DNA of 64,000 nt from Bacteroidota bacterium (GTDB taxonomy: Bacteria > Bacteroidota > Bacteroidia > Bacteroidales > CAIWKO01). The translations under genes were made by a program, and so were the position numbers. The notes under the pieces are model-generated. The model saw only the letters and a list, made by a program, of their open reading frames with translations. It did no database searches and had not been told where the DNA came from. Within the stretch, counting starts at the first letter, position 1, and each line of letters opens with the position of its first letter. This document shows positions 1-9,251 of this stretch, one piece after another. The stretch is from contig JBAXWF010000004.1 in the NCBI GenBank assembly GCA_037128515.1, forward strand, positions 38,319-102,318, given 5' to 3'.

Positions 1-204
1 GTGGATTCTTAAAGAAAATGTTTAATACAAGCATTGAGGTACCGTCGTTATTCGAAGAGGATTTTGGTATTTTATTTTTCGCCATTTTTAGTGTAAAAGT
101 ACTAAAAAAAATTTCAAAATGCTTTTTAACGCTCTTCTTATTAAGACAAATTATTTTTTACATAAAAAATGCACATAAAATTTGTTTAATTTAAAAAATA
201 GTAA

Positions 205-212
205 TACGTTTG
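205..212 (+). promoter_or_regulatory. Bacteroidota-type -7 box (TAcgTTTG) upstream of fumC
   Basis: tacgtttg matches the TAnnTTTG -7 consensus of Bacteroides-type primary sigma promoters. It ends 27 nt before the ATG at 239. Confidence 0.4.
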
Positions 213-238
213 ATGCTCCATTTTAAATTAAAAAAACC

Positions 239-1621
239 ATGAATATACGCATTGAACACGACACAATGGGTCCGGTTGAAGTACCGGCCGAAAAATATTG
301 GGGCGCTCAAACACAACGTTCCAAAGAAAATTTCAAAATTGGTGGTCATCTCATGCCAAAAGAAATTATCGAAGCTTTTGCCATATTGAAAAAAGCTGCA
401 GCCATCACCAACAACGAACTCGGAGTGCTGTCACAAGATAAATGTGATTTAATTGCTAGCGTGTGCGACGAAATTCAAGCCAACAAGCTTGATGCCGAAT
501 TTCCCTTGGTAGTATGGCAAACCGGCTCGGGCACGCAAAGCAACATGAACGTGAACGAAGTGGTGGCCAATCGCGCCGAAGTGATTCGGGGCGGAAAACT
601 GGGCGAGGGAAAAACCTTTATTCATCCCAACGATGATGTCAACAAATCGCAATCCTCGAACGACACATTTCCAACAGCAATGAACATTGCCGGGTACAAA
701 ATGTTGATAAAAACCACCATCCCCGGTTTGGAAATGCTGCGCAACACCCTAACCAAAAAATCAGAAGAATTTCAACATATCGTTAAAATTGGCCGCACCC
801 ACCTCATGGATGCAACGCCCCTCACACTTGGTCAGGAGTTTTCGGGCTATGTTTCCCAAATTGAACATGGCATAATTGCCATAAAAAACACCTTGCCTCA
901 TTTGGCCGAGCTAGCTTTGGGTGGCACCGCTGTTGGCACAGGCATCAACACCCCCAAAGGATATTCTGAATTGGTGGCCAAACACATCGCAAGCCTCACC
1001 GGCCTGCCCTTTATCACTGCACCAAACAAATACGAAGGCTTGTCGGCCCACGATGCCATTGTTGAAACATCCGGAGCCTTAAAAACCGTTGCAGTTAGTT
1101 TAATGAAAATTGCTCACGACATACGTTTGCTCGGATCCGGCCCCCGTTGCGGCATTGGCGAATTGTTGCTGCCCGAAAACGAACCCGGCTCATCAATTAT
1201 GCCCGGTAAAGTGAACCCCACGCAGTGCGAAGCCATGACCATGGTGTGTGCACAAGTTATTGGAAACGATGCAGCCATTAATATTGGTGGCATGAACGGT
1301 CATTTTCAACTTAATGTGTTCAAACCCGTCATGATTTACAACTTGCTGATGGCAGCCCGCCTGATTGGCGATGCATGCGTATCGTTTAATGATAATTGCG
1401 CTGACGGAATTGTAGCTCGCGAAGTCAATATTCAGCATCATCTGGAAAATTCACTGATGTTGGTGACTGCATTGAACCCGCATATTGGTTACGAAAACGC
1501 CGCCAAGATTGCTAAAAAAGCCCATACCGAAAATTTAACGTTGCGCCAGGCAGCCATTGCACTGGGGTTGGTTACAGAGGAGCAATTTACCCAGTGGGTT
1601 GATCCCCAAAAAATGATTTAA
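239..1621 (+). CDS. fumC: Class II fumarate hydratase
   Basis: 460-aa ORF with the fumarase/aspartase signature [16 protein letters not shown] and a full-length FumC-like layout. Confidence 0.95.
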   Translation: MNIRIEHDTMGPVEVPAEKYWGAQTQRSKENFKIGGHLMPKEIIEAFAILKKAAAITNNELGVLSQDKCDLIASVCDEIQANKLDAEFPLVVWQTGSGTQSNMNVNEVVANRAEVIRGGKLGEGKTFIHPNDDVNKSQSSNDTFPTAMNIAGYKMLIKTTIPGLEMLRNTLTKKSEEFQHIVKIGRTHLMDATPLTLGQEFSGYVSQIEHGIIAIKNTLPHLAELALGGTAVGTGINTPKGYSELVAKHIASLTGLPFITAPNKYEGLSAHDAIVETSGALKTVAVSLMKIAHDIRLLGSGPRCGIGELLLPENEPGSSIMPGKVNPTQCEAMTMVCAQVIGNDAAINIGGMNGHFQLNVFKPVMIYNLLMAARLIGDACVSFNDNCADGIVAREVNIQHHLENSLMLVTALNPHIGYENAAKIAKKAHTENLTLRQAAIALGLVTEEQFTQWVDPQKMI

Positions 1622-1631
1622 CCGCGATGCA

Positions 1632-2084
1632 ATGCGAGTTGTTATTCAGCGAGTCAACCAGGCCAGCGTTACCATCAATAATTTAGAAACGCGTAGCATA
1701 TCAATGGGTTTGCTTATCTTGTTGGGTATTGAAGATGACGATGGCTTGGATGATATTGATTGGCTTTGCGGAAAAATTTGCCGATTACGGATTTTTGCGG
1801 ACGAGCAAGGCATTATGAATCGCTCGCTTCAGGAGGTTTTGGGGCAAGCGATGGTTGTAAGTCAGTTTACGCTGCACGCAAGCACCAAAAAGGGAAATCG
1901 TCCATCATATATTCGCGCTGCCAAACCTCAAATTGCTGTGCCGCTATATGAAAAGTTTATTGAAACTTTGAAAAGCGAAATAAAAAAAGAAGTGATACAC
2001 GGCGAGTTTGGCGCGGATATGCAAGTGGCTCTGGTGAACAATGGCCCAGTGACCATAATTATTGATACAAAAAACAGGGAATAG
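1632..2084 (+). CDS. dtd: D-aminoacyl-tRNA deacylase
   Basis: 150-aa ORF starting MRVVIQRV, with SQFTLHA and NNGPVTIIID motifs typical of Dtd. It starts 10 nt after the fumC stop. Confidence 0.9.
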   Translation: MRVVIQRVNQASVTINNLETRSISMGLLILLGIEDDDGLDDIDWLCGKICRLRIFADEQGIMNRSLQEVLGQAMVVSQFTLHASTKKGNRPSYIRAAKPQIAVPLYEKFIETLKSEIKKEVIHGEFGADMQVALVNNGPVTIIIDTKNRE

Positions 2085-2092
2085 TCTGCTGG

Positions 2093-2415
2093 TTACGGCT
2101 TGTTTATTAGTTGTTTGAGGAGTTCGTTTTCGATGGTTGGTTTTTCGTTCGTTTTTTTTAAGAGCGTTAACTGGGCATTGAGCTGGTCGAATTCGATTAA
2201 TACGCCATCATTGACTGAGAATCGATAGTTTTGAAATAAATCGTGTTTAAGTGCCACCGATATATTATATAGGGTGTTTACTTTGATATCGGGGTGTCGA
2301 TGGATTTTGTAGATGGCATCGATGCTGATACCAAGGGCCTTGGGCTAGTTTTTCGGTTTTGATGGCATGTTTGATGCAATAATGTTTTAAGGATTCTACC
2401 TATATGATGGTCCAT
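2093..2415 (-). pseudogene. Frame-disrupted XRE/Cro-type helix-turn-helix gene remnant
   Basis: Minus-strand translation gives MDHHIG.., then VESLKHYCIKHAIKTEKLAQG in a second frame, then LGISIDAIYKIHRHPDIKVNTLYNISVALKHDLF...LINKP* in a third. An extra C in ggcccttgg (about 2335-2343) breaks the HTH. No single frame spans the gene. Confidence 0.4.
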
Positions 2416-2490
2416 GGTTGGGGGGGTAATGTGGATTTTGGATTGATGGTGGGGCAAATGTAATTCAATTTGATGAAATAGCAATTAAAG

Positions 2491-2515
2491 TATAGTATAA
2501 ATCTTATATACTATA
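2491..2515. promoter_or_regulatory. Perfect 9-bp inverted repeat TATAGTATA-N7-TATACTATA
   Basis: Read directly from the sequence. Further ACTATAGT and AACTATAC copies lie within the next 100 nt, just upstream (minus sense) of the HTH remnant. Confidence 0.3.
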
Positions 2516-2773
2516 GGAAAATTCTTAAATATTATATGCTATATCTTAAAAAATAGATGTAAATTCTGAAATACTATAGTGAATGAACGGAAAACTATAC
2601 TAAATGTCTGATATGTTAGAAAAAATGGTGATTTTGTTTGAAAAGTGAGGAGGATGGAAAGGGTGAAGGGCGGAAATTGGTTAAGCGTTCCGCGGTAAGC
2701 GTTTTTTAATTAAATTTTTTTGTTTACTTGGTGAAAAAACATTGGAAAACTAAAGCGGGCAAGGATGTTAGGT

Positions 2774-5170
2774 TTATTTGGTTTTTTTATCGATTATTTC
2801 GAAATTGATGGTGAGGCTGATGCCTTTTTGGTTGACTAGGGTGAGCTGGTGCATGCCGGGCGGGGGGGTGAGGCCCATTTGGTGAAAATCTTGTGTGATG
2901 CCGATGAAGGTGTTGTCTAAATACCAGTAAATTTTAATTGATGGGGTGTTGTCGGCAGCTTTGAAAACGAGTTTTTGGCGTGTTCCGTTGATATCGACCG
3001 GGATGTATATTCGGCTGTTGTTTTTGGGGTATATCATGTCGAGGGCATTGGTGGTGTTGTCGGTGGGCATGCAATCGGCGCGGTAGGGGGGCAGGGTTTT
3101 GTAGAAGGGGTTTTTGGTTTTGTAGAAATATTCAATGACGGGGGGCAGTATAAACCATTTTTGGGGTTGGATGTTGGAAACGGATTCGCAATTGGAGTTG
3201 ACACGCCATTGGAGGGTGGCGTCGAGCAGGATAATTTGATGGTAGGGGCAACCTTGGGTTTTGGCTCCGTTTTTTTGTACCCAAACGGTGTCGATTGTTT
3301 CGCAAAGGTTGGTGGCTTTGAATCCGCTGTTGCGGCAAACGGGGAGTTGAATCATATCGTCGTAGGGTGCATAGAACCAGCCGTGGGGTTTTAGGGCTTT
3401 GAAGATTTCGAGCATGATGGGTGCGGCATAGGTTAGGCCGGTCATTCCGGGGCGGCCTTCGCCATCGGAATTGCCTACCCACACGGCCACGACGTATTGT
3501 GGATTGGTGCCAATGGCCCATGCATCGCGACTTCCGTAGCTTGTGCCGGTTTTCCAGGCAATTTTGGCGGATGAGGTGAATTGTTGCCATTGGGCATCTT
3601 CGTCGGGGCGGGAAACTTCGTTCATTGCCTGAAAGGTGAACCAAATGGAGGAGGCGCTGAGGTAGGATGCTTTGTCGGTGCCGGAGGTTTTTGGGGGGTA
3701 TTGCTGATAAATATAGTTTGGGGGATGGAAATCGTTTTTGGAATAGCGGGAATTGAAGGTTTGATAGTGGTTGAGGGTGCGCGCCATGGATGCATAGGCT
3801 CCGGCCATATCCCACAAATTGGCTTCGGCCCCGCCGAGAATTATTGACAAACCGTAGTGGGATGGGGGTTTGTTGAGGGTGGTGAGTCCAATTTTTTTTA
3901 GGATATAGTTGAAACGGTTGATTCCATAAGCTTGTAGCATTTTTACGGCTGGGACGTTTAGTGATCGCGAAAGTGCTTTTTTGGCGGGTACGGCTCCATC
4001 GTAGGTTAGGCTGAAATTTTCGGGGATGAAGCTTCCGAGTTGTATGGGTGTGTCGGGTACGAGTGAATTGGGGAGGAGTTGGCCATCGTTGAGCATGGCG
4101 GCATAGAGAAAGGGTTTGAGAATGCTGCCTGTGCTTCGGGCTGATGTGATGATATCGACGTTGCAACCGTATTCGGGATGGAGGGGATCGTTGGTGTTGC
4201 CGATGTAGGCGAGCACGTTGCCGGTTTCGACATCTAAAACTAGTGCGGCAGCATTGTTGACGTTGTTGGCTTTTTGTTTTTCGTGATAGCGGTCGATAAT
4301 ATTTTTTACGATTTCCTGGAAAGAAACATCCAGGGTGGTTTGGATGCGTTTACCTTTGTAACCTTGGTTGATAGCCCTATCGAGCAAATGGGGAGCTAGT
4401 TGTGGCAAGGGAAATGGTTTTGTGGGCAGGGGTTCGTTTTGTGCAAGCCAGAGTTGGTCGTTGCCCAAGTATTTACATTTGTAAAGCATGGTGAGCACGC
4501 GGTCGCGTTTTTGTTTGAGTTTTTGTTGGTTTTTTCCGGGGAAAATCAAGGATGGGCTATTGGGCAACACGGCGAGTGTGGCGGCTTCGGCCCAAGAAAG
4601 TTTTTCGGGGCTTTTGCCAAAATAGCGCCAGGAGGCGGCATCGAGGCCAACAACATTGCCACCAAAAGGCGCATTGGCAGCATAGAGTTGGAGGATTTGT
4701 TTTTTTGAATAGGTGAGTTCGAGCCGGATGGCGAGATAAGATTCGATGATTTTTTCGAAAATGGTGCGCGATTTTCCTTTTCGCGATAAGCGGACGACCT
4801 GCATGGTGATGGTGCTTCCGCCAGAGATAATTTTTCGGGCTTTGATGTCGCGAAAGACCGCTTTGGCGATTGAAATGGGGTTGACGCCATTGTGGAGGTA
4901 AAAATATTTGTCTTCGAATTGTATGAGGGCTTTTTCGAATTTATAGGGAATTTGGCTGCCGGGCGGAAACCGCCATTGACCATCGTTGGCGATGCGAGCT
5001 CCCATAAGATTTTGGTTTTGATCTTGGATGACAGACGAAGTTGGGTCGTGAAATAATGGTGAGGGAAGAGATGCCAGAAACACTAGGAAACAAAGGAAAA
5101 CAATAAAAATCCATGCATTTTTACGAAAGAAAATCAGCGTTTGATATTTTGATGGAAAAAAAAATTTCAT
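2774..5170 (-). CDS. pbpC: Penicillin-binding protein 1C (bifunctional transglycosylase/transpeptidase)
   Basis: 798 aa with an N-terminal TM segment. GT51 motifs EDKYFYLHNGVNP and GGSTITMQ. Transpeptidase SILK (SxxK) and KTGTS. Long C-terminal extension as in PBP1C. Confidence 0.85.
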   Translation of the reverse strand: MKFFFPSKYQTLIFFRKNAWIFIVFLCFLVFLASLPSPLFHDPTSSVIQDQNQNLMGARIANDGQWRFPPGSQIPYKFEKALIQFEDKYFYLHNGVNPISIAKAVFRDIKARKIISGGSTITMQVVRLSRKGKSRTIFEKIIESYLAIRLELTYSKKQILQLYAANAPFGGNVVGLDAASWRYFGKSPEKLSWAEAATLAVLPNSPSLIFPGKNQQKLKQKRDRVLTMLYKCKYLGNDQLWLAQNEPLPTKPFPLPQLAPHLLDRAINQGYKGKRIQTTLDVSFQEIVKNIIDRYHEKQKANNVNNAAALVLDVETGNVLAYIGNTNDPLHPEYGCNVDIITSARSTGSILKPFLYAAMLNDGQLLPNSLVPDTPIQLGSFIPENFSLTYDGAVPAKKALSRSLNVPAVKMLQAYGINRFNYILKKIGLTTLNKPPSHYGLSIILGGAEANLWDMAGAYASMARTLNHYQTFNSRYSKNDFHPPNYIYQQYPPKTSGTDKASYLSASSIWFTFQAMNEVSRPDEDAQWQQFTSSAKIAWKTGTSYGSRDAWAIGTNPQYVVAVWVGNSDGEGRPGMTGLTYAAPIMLEIFKALKPHGWFYAPYDDMIQLPVCRNSGFKATNLCETIDTVWVQKNGAKTQGCPYHQIILLDATLQWRVNSNCESVSNIQPQKWFILPPVIEYFYKTKNPFYKTLPPYRADCMPTDNTTNALDMIYPKNNSRIYIPVDINGTRQKLVFKAADNTPSIKIYWYLDNTFIGITQDFHQMGLTPPPGMHQLTLVNQKGISLTINFEIIDKKTK

Positions 5171-5427
5171 AGGTACACCAAGTTTTTTCGTGTAAAATTC
5201 GTTATAAAAAAAGATAAATTACAATTATGATTTAGAAAAAGTTTTTTATCATTTTAAACAACTTTTTTTTAATAACTTACGTAAAACTTAATAACTTTCT
5301 TATATTTGTAAGGAGTTTTGATTTTTTTTAAAAATAAACAGGCCGTAAACCTTGAAAATTGGTAAAAAAACAAAAAATTGGTTCTCGTTTGATTTTGTAC
5401 GATTGATTTAATAAAAAACACAAAAAC

Positions 5428-8115
5428 ATGAAGAAAACATTAAACTATTCAACATTAAAAATAATAATTGGTGCTATTTTATTTTCGATGATTTCGATAA
5501 ACAGTTGGGCACAATTAACCGTTAGCACTGCCATGACACCAGCACAGATGGTTCAAAATGTGTTGACTGGCACTGGAGTTACGGTAAATAATATCACTTA
5601 TACAGGTACGCCGGGATCGATAGGTGTTTTTACCACCGGTGGCACACCAACCAATTTGGGTTTGACCAGTGGTATTTTGATGTCGACAGGATTGGTGACA
5701 GGGACCACGCCATTGAGTTTGCCTCCGGCAATAGGATGTGCGGCAACGAACTTTGAATCGTCGATAAACAATTCGGCAACAGATGCGGATTTGCAGGCAT
5801 TGGTAACCCCCCACATTTCGGATGCAGCGGTATTGCAATTTGATTTTTTTCCTTTGTCGGATACTATTAAGTTTAGATATGTGTTTGCCTCGGAAGAATA
5901 TCCTGAATTTACGTGTTCGACCTTTACGGATGTTTTTGGTTTTTTTGTAAGCGGACAAAATCCGGCAGGAGGTAATTATGTTAGCAAAAATATTGCCTTG
6001 ATACCCGGAACCATATTGCCGGTTGCTATTAATACTGTGAACCCGGGACCTGGAGGTTCGGGCTATGATCCGAGTGGTTGTATTTCGACAGCTTACAGTA
6101 TGTATTATGTTGATAATACGGGAGGGCAAACCATCGTTTTTGATGGGTTTACCACTGTTTTAACTGCTTGGTGCCGGGTGGTGCCTTGTACACCATATCA
6201 TATAAAACTGGCAATAGGTGATGCCGGAGATCAATCGTATGATTCGGGTGTTTTTTTGGAGGCAAATAGTTTTTCAACGAGTGCGGTTACCATGGAAACG
6301 CATTTTAGCACGCCACTGGCTTCGACAACAGATGCAATAGAAGGTTGTAATGATGCTATAATTACGTTTAGTTTGCAGAATCCACAACCGTCAGCATATA
6401 CAGTTATATATAATGTTGGAGGAACCGCCACGAATGGCACAGATTATACAACAATACCAACTAGTGTTACCATACCTGCGGGCCAGGACTCGGTGAATTT
6501 GGTAATTCATCCGTTTATGGATGGAGTGGTGGAAGGTACTGAAACAGTACAATTAGTATTTCAAACGAGTATTTGCGGGGCGAGCGATACGCTTACGGTG
6601 AATATTTTAAACAATAATCCATTTAGTGTTACATCGAGTAACGATACCGCTATTTGTTCGGGATCGGCTACAATATCAGTGACACCAACAGGTGGCTTGT
6701 CGCCATACACGTATTTGTGGAATAACGCTGCGGGCACCAATGCGTCGGCAGTGGTGTCGCCGGCAAGCACCACAACCTATAATGTTACGGTGACGGACTT
6801 GTGTGGTTCTACAGCAACCCAAAGCGTTGTTGTTACGGTTGGAGCCAGTAATGCAAATGCCGGACCGAATGATTCGATATGCGTGGGGCAAACCTCCACA
6901 TTGACGGCAAGTGGCGGTGCTTCCTATTTGTGGAGCACGGGAGACACAACCCCTTCGATATTGGTAGGGCCACTAACAACCACTACTTATTATGTTACCG
7001 CAACAGGAACTTGTCCTTCGGCTGATTCTGTTATAGTGTTTGTATTTCCATTGCCAGTAATTTCGGCAACTGCAACACCTTCGTCGATATTAATGAGCCA
7101 AACATCCACTATTTGTGCCTCGGGCGGGAATACGTATTCGTGGACAGCCAATCCACCGGATCCCTCGTTGGCAGGTCAAACAAGCAGTATTTGTCCGGTT
7201 GTTACTCCATCGGTTACAACAATATATTTGGTTGTTGGAACCGATATTAATGGTTGTCAAAGTTTTGATACAGTTCGCGTGTTTGTTGTGCCCATTTTAC
7301 CCATAGTTGATTTTTATGGAGCCCCATTGAATGGTTGTGAACCATTGATAGTGCAGTTTCAAGACAGTTCGATGAAAACGGTTCCCGGAACCACCTATTA
7401 TTGGGATTTTGGCAATAACACGTTTTCCTATCAACAAAATCCAACAGCCTATTATGATCATGCCGGCACATATGATGTTACAGAAATTGTGACCAATCCG
7501 GGTGGGTTTACATCGCAATTGACAAAAACGAATTATATAACGGTTTATCCCAATCCCGTTGCCATATTTTCGTCGGTACCCAATGTGGCAGAAGCCTATG
7601 ATCCGAATTTTAGTTTTTACGATTATTCCTTAGGATATCCAACGCAATGGTATTGGACTTTTGGTGATGGAACGTATGATACAGTTCAAAACCCACACCA
7701 TAGCTATTCAGAACCGAGTGTTTATTATAATTTTCATTTTTTTGAAGATACCGGAGCTTACAATGTTACCCTTGTTGTTTCGACAAATCATGGTTGTACG
7801 GATTCTATGTCGAAAACTGTTTGGGTAGCACCCTCGTATGCAATTTATGTTCCGAATGCGTTTACACCAAATGACGATCCAAGCAATCAACTTTTTTGTG
7901 TTACAGGATATGGTGTGCTTGAAACAAATTATTCTATTCATATTTATAATCGTGTAGGTCAATTGATTTATACAAACAATGTTTGGGGAGAATGTTGGGA
8001 TGGAACCATTGGAGGTGTGGATGCAGAGGAAGGGGTTTATATTTATATAATCGAATTTATGGATACTCAGAATGTGATACATCATTTGAGGGGCGTAGTT
8101 ACATTATATCGATAG
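5428..8115 (+). CDS. Secreted adhesin-like protein: choice-of-anchor-L-like N-domain, Ig-like and PKD repeats, T9SS type B (gliding-motility) C-terminal domain
   Basis: Signal peptide present. YVFASEEYPEF..DVFGFFVSG..AIGDAGDQSYDSGVFLEANSF block. Three Cys-containing repeats of about 65 aa (..TLTASGGASYLWSTGDTT..). PKD-like units. C-terminus is YVPNAFTPNDD...GVYIYIIEF...LYR. Confidence 0.8.
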   Translation: MKKTLNYSTLKIIIGAILFSMISINSWAQLTVSTAMTPAQMVQNVLTGTGVTVNNITYTGTPGSIGVFTTGGTPTNLGLTSGILMSTGLVTGTTPLSLPPAIGCAATNFESSINNSATDADLQALVTPHISDAAVLQFDFFPLSDTIKFRYVFASEEYPEFTCSTFTDVFGFFVSGQNPAGGNYVSKNIALIPGTILPVAINTVNPGPGGSGYDPSGCISTAYSMYYVDNTGGQTIVFDGFTTVLTAWCRVVPCTPYHIKLAIGDAGDQSYDSGVFLEANSFSTSAVTMETHFSTPLASTTDAIEGCNDAIITFSLQNPQPSAYTVIYNVGGTATNGTDYTTIPTSVTIPAGQDSVNLVIHPFMDGVVEGTETVQLVFQTSICGASDTLTVNILNNNPFSVTSSNDTAICSGSATISVTPTGGLSPYTYLWNNAAGTNASAVVSPASTTTYNVTVTDLCGSTATQSVVVTVGASNANAGPNDSICVGQTSTLTASGGASYLWSTGDTTPSILVGPLTTTTYYVTATGTCPSADSVIVFVFPLPVISATATPSSILMSQTSTICASGGNTYSWTANPPDPSLAGQTSSICPVVTPSVTTIYLVVGTDINGCQSFDTVRVFVVPILPIVDFYGAPLNGCEPLIVQFQDSSMKTVPGTTYYWDFGNNTFSYQQNPTAYYDHAGTYDVTEIVTNPGGFTSQLTKTNYITVYPNPVAIFSSVPNVAEAYDPNFSFYDYSLGYPTQWYWTFGDGTYDTVQNPHHSYSEPSVYYNFHFFEDTGAYNVTLVVSTNHGCTDSMSKTVWVAPSYAIYVPNAFTPNDDPSNQLFCVTGYGVLETNYSIHIYNRVGQLIYTNNVWGECWDGTIGGVDAEEGVYIYIIEFMDTQNVIHHLRGVVTLYR

Positions 8116-8133
8116 AGAGTATATTTTACAAAA

Positions 8134-8161
8134 AGAGGAAGCATTGCTTCCTCTTTTTTTT
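8134..8161 (+). terminator. Rho-independent terminator
   Basis: Stem agaggaagc/gcttcctct with a 3-nt loop, followed by a T7 run. It lies 19 nt after the stop at 8115. Confidence 0.75.
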
Positions 8162-8162
8162 G

Positions 8163-8170
8163 TAATTTTG
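8163..8170 (+). promoter_or_regulatory. -7 box TAatTTTG upstream of gap
   Basis: Matches TAnnTTTG. It ends 29 nt before the ATG at 8199. Confidence 0.45.
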
Positions 8171-8198
8171 CAGCAAACAAACATAAAACAAAAATACT

Positions 8199-9209
8199 AT
8201 GCCTAATATAAATGTTGCTATTAACGGATTTGGTCGGATAGGTCGTTTAACTTTCAAAGCACTATTAAAAAAAAATAACGTAGAAGTTGTTGCAATAAAT
8301 GATTTAACCGACGCCCAAACACTTGCACACCTTTTTAAATATGATTCGGTGCATGGTATATATCAAGGGGAGGTTGGTTATGAAAATGATATTTTAATAA
8401 TAGATGGGAAAAAGTATAAAGTGTATGCCGAAAAAGATCCTGCCATGTTGCCCTGGAAAGCTTTGGGTGTTAAAGTTGTGGTTGAATGCACGGGAATATT
8501 CCGAACAAGAGAAAAGCTAGAGAAACATATTTCGGCTGGTGCTGAAAAAGTTATTTTGTCAGTTCCTTCAAATACATCAGAAGATGTTGACAAAACTATT
8601 GTTATTGGAGTTAATGATGGTGAATTGAAACCGACCGACCGTTTTATTTCAAATGCATCGTGTACAACGAACTGTTTGGCACCAATAGCAAAAGTGCTGA
8701 ACGATAGTTTTGGTATAAAACATGGACTTATAAACACAATCCATTCGTACACGAATGATCAGATAATACTTGATGCGCCGCACAAAGATTTGCGAAGAGC
8801 CCGTGCTGCCGCCATGTCGATAATTCCGACCAGTACTGGTGCTGCAAAAGCTATAGGCTTGGTTGTTCCGGAGCTTGAAGGAAAACTTGACGGCATGTCG
8901 ATGAGAGTGCCTACACCGGATGGTTCGGTGGTTGATTTAACATGCTTACTTAACGTTGCTGTGACAAAAGATGAGATTAATGCAGTGATGAAAAAAGCGG
9001 CCGAAGGTCCAATGAAAGGTATTTTGGAGTATTGTACTGATCCGATTGTTAGTATAGACATTGTTGGCAACAGACATTCTTCAATACTTGACTCAAAACT
9101 AACCCAAATTATTAGCGGCACTTTTGTAAAAGTGATATCGTGGTATGATAATGAGGCCGGTTATTCGGAACGATTGGCAGAATTAACTGTAAAAGCAGCA
9201 TTATTATAA
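8199..9209 (+). CDS. gap: Glyceraldehyde-3-phosphate dehydrogenase, type I
   Basis: 336 aa with INGFGRIGR Rossmann start, catalytic SNASCTTNCLAP motif and WYDNE near the C-terminus. Confidence 0.95.
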   Translation: MPNINVAINGFGRIGRLTFKALLKKNNVEVVAINDLTDAQTLAHLFKYDSVHGIYQGEVGYENDILIIDGKKYKVYAEKDPAMLPWKALGVKVVVECTGIFRTREKLEKHISAGAEKVILSVPSNTSEDVDKTIVIGVNDGELKPTDRFISNASCTTNCLAPIAKVLNDSFGIKHGLINTIHSYTNDQIILDAPHKDLRRARAAAMSIIPTSTGAAKAIGLVVPELEGKLDGMSMRVPTPDGSVVDLTCLLNVAVTKDEINAVMKKAAEGPMKGILEYCTDPIVSIDIVGNRHSSILDSKLTQIISGTFVKVISWYDNEAGYSERLAELTVKAALL

Positions 9210-9226
9210 TATTTCGAAAATTTTAA

Positions 9227-9251
9227 GGAGGCCATAGTGCCTCCTTTTTTT
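9227..9251. terminator. Hairpin terminator between convergent gap and comM
   Basis: Stem ggaggc/gcctcc with a 6-nt loop, followed by a T7 run. It abuts the comM stop codon. Confidence 0.6.

Noticed and set aside
1-85. Possible 5' end of a minus-strand gene (MAKNKIPKSSSNNDGTSMLVLNIFFKNP..) running off the window
   Set aside because: Only 28 codons are visible, with no recognisable motif. That is too little to support a call.
3132-4166. 344-aa ORF on the minus strand inside pbpC, in an alternative frame (Arg/Pro/His/Gln-rich)
   Set aside because: It is fully nested in a well-supported PBP1C frame. Its translation is low-complexity with no recognisable motifs. The pbpC coding strand is A+C-rich, so stop codons are rare in all its frames.
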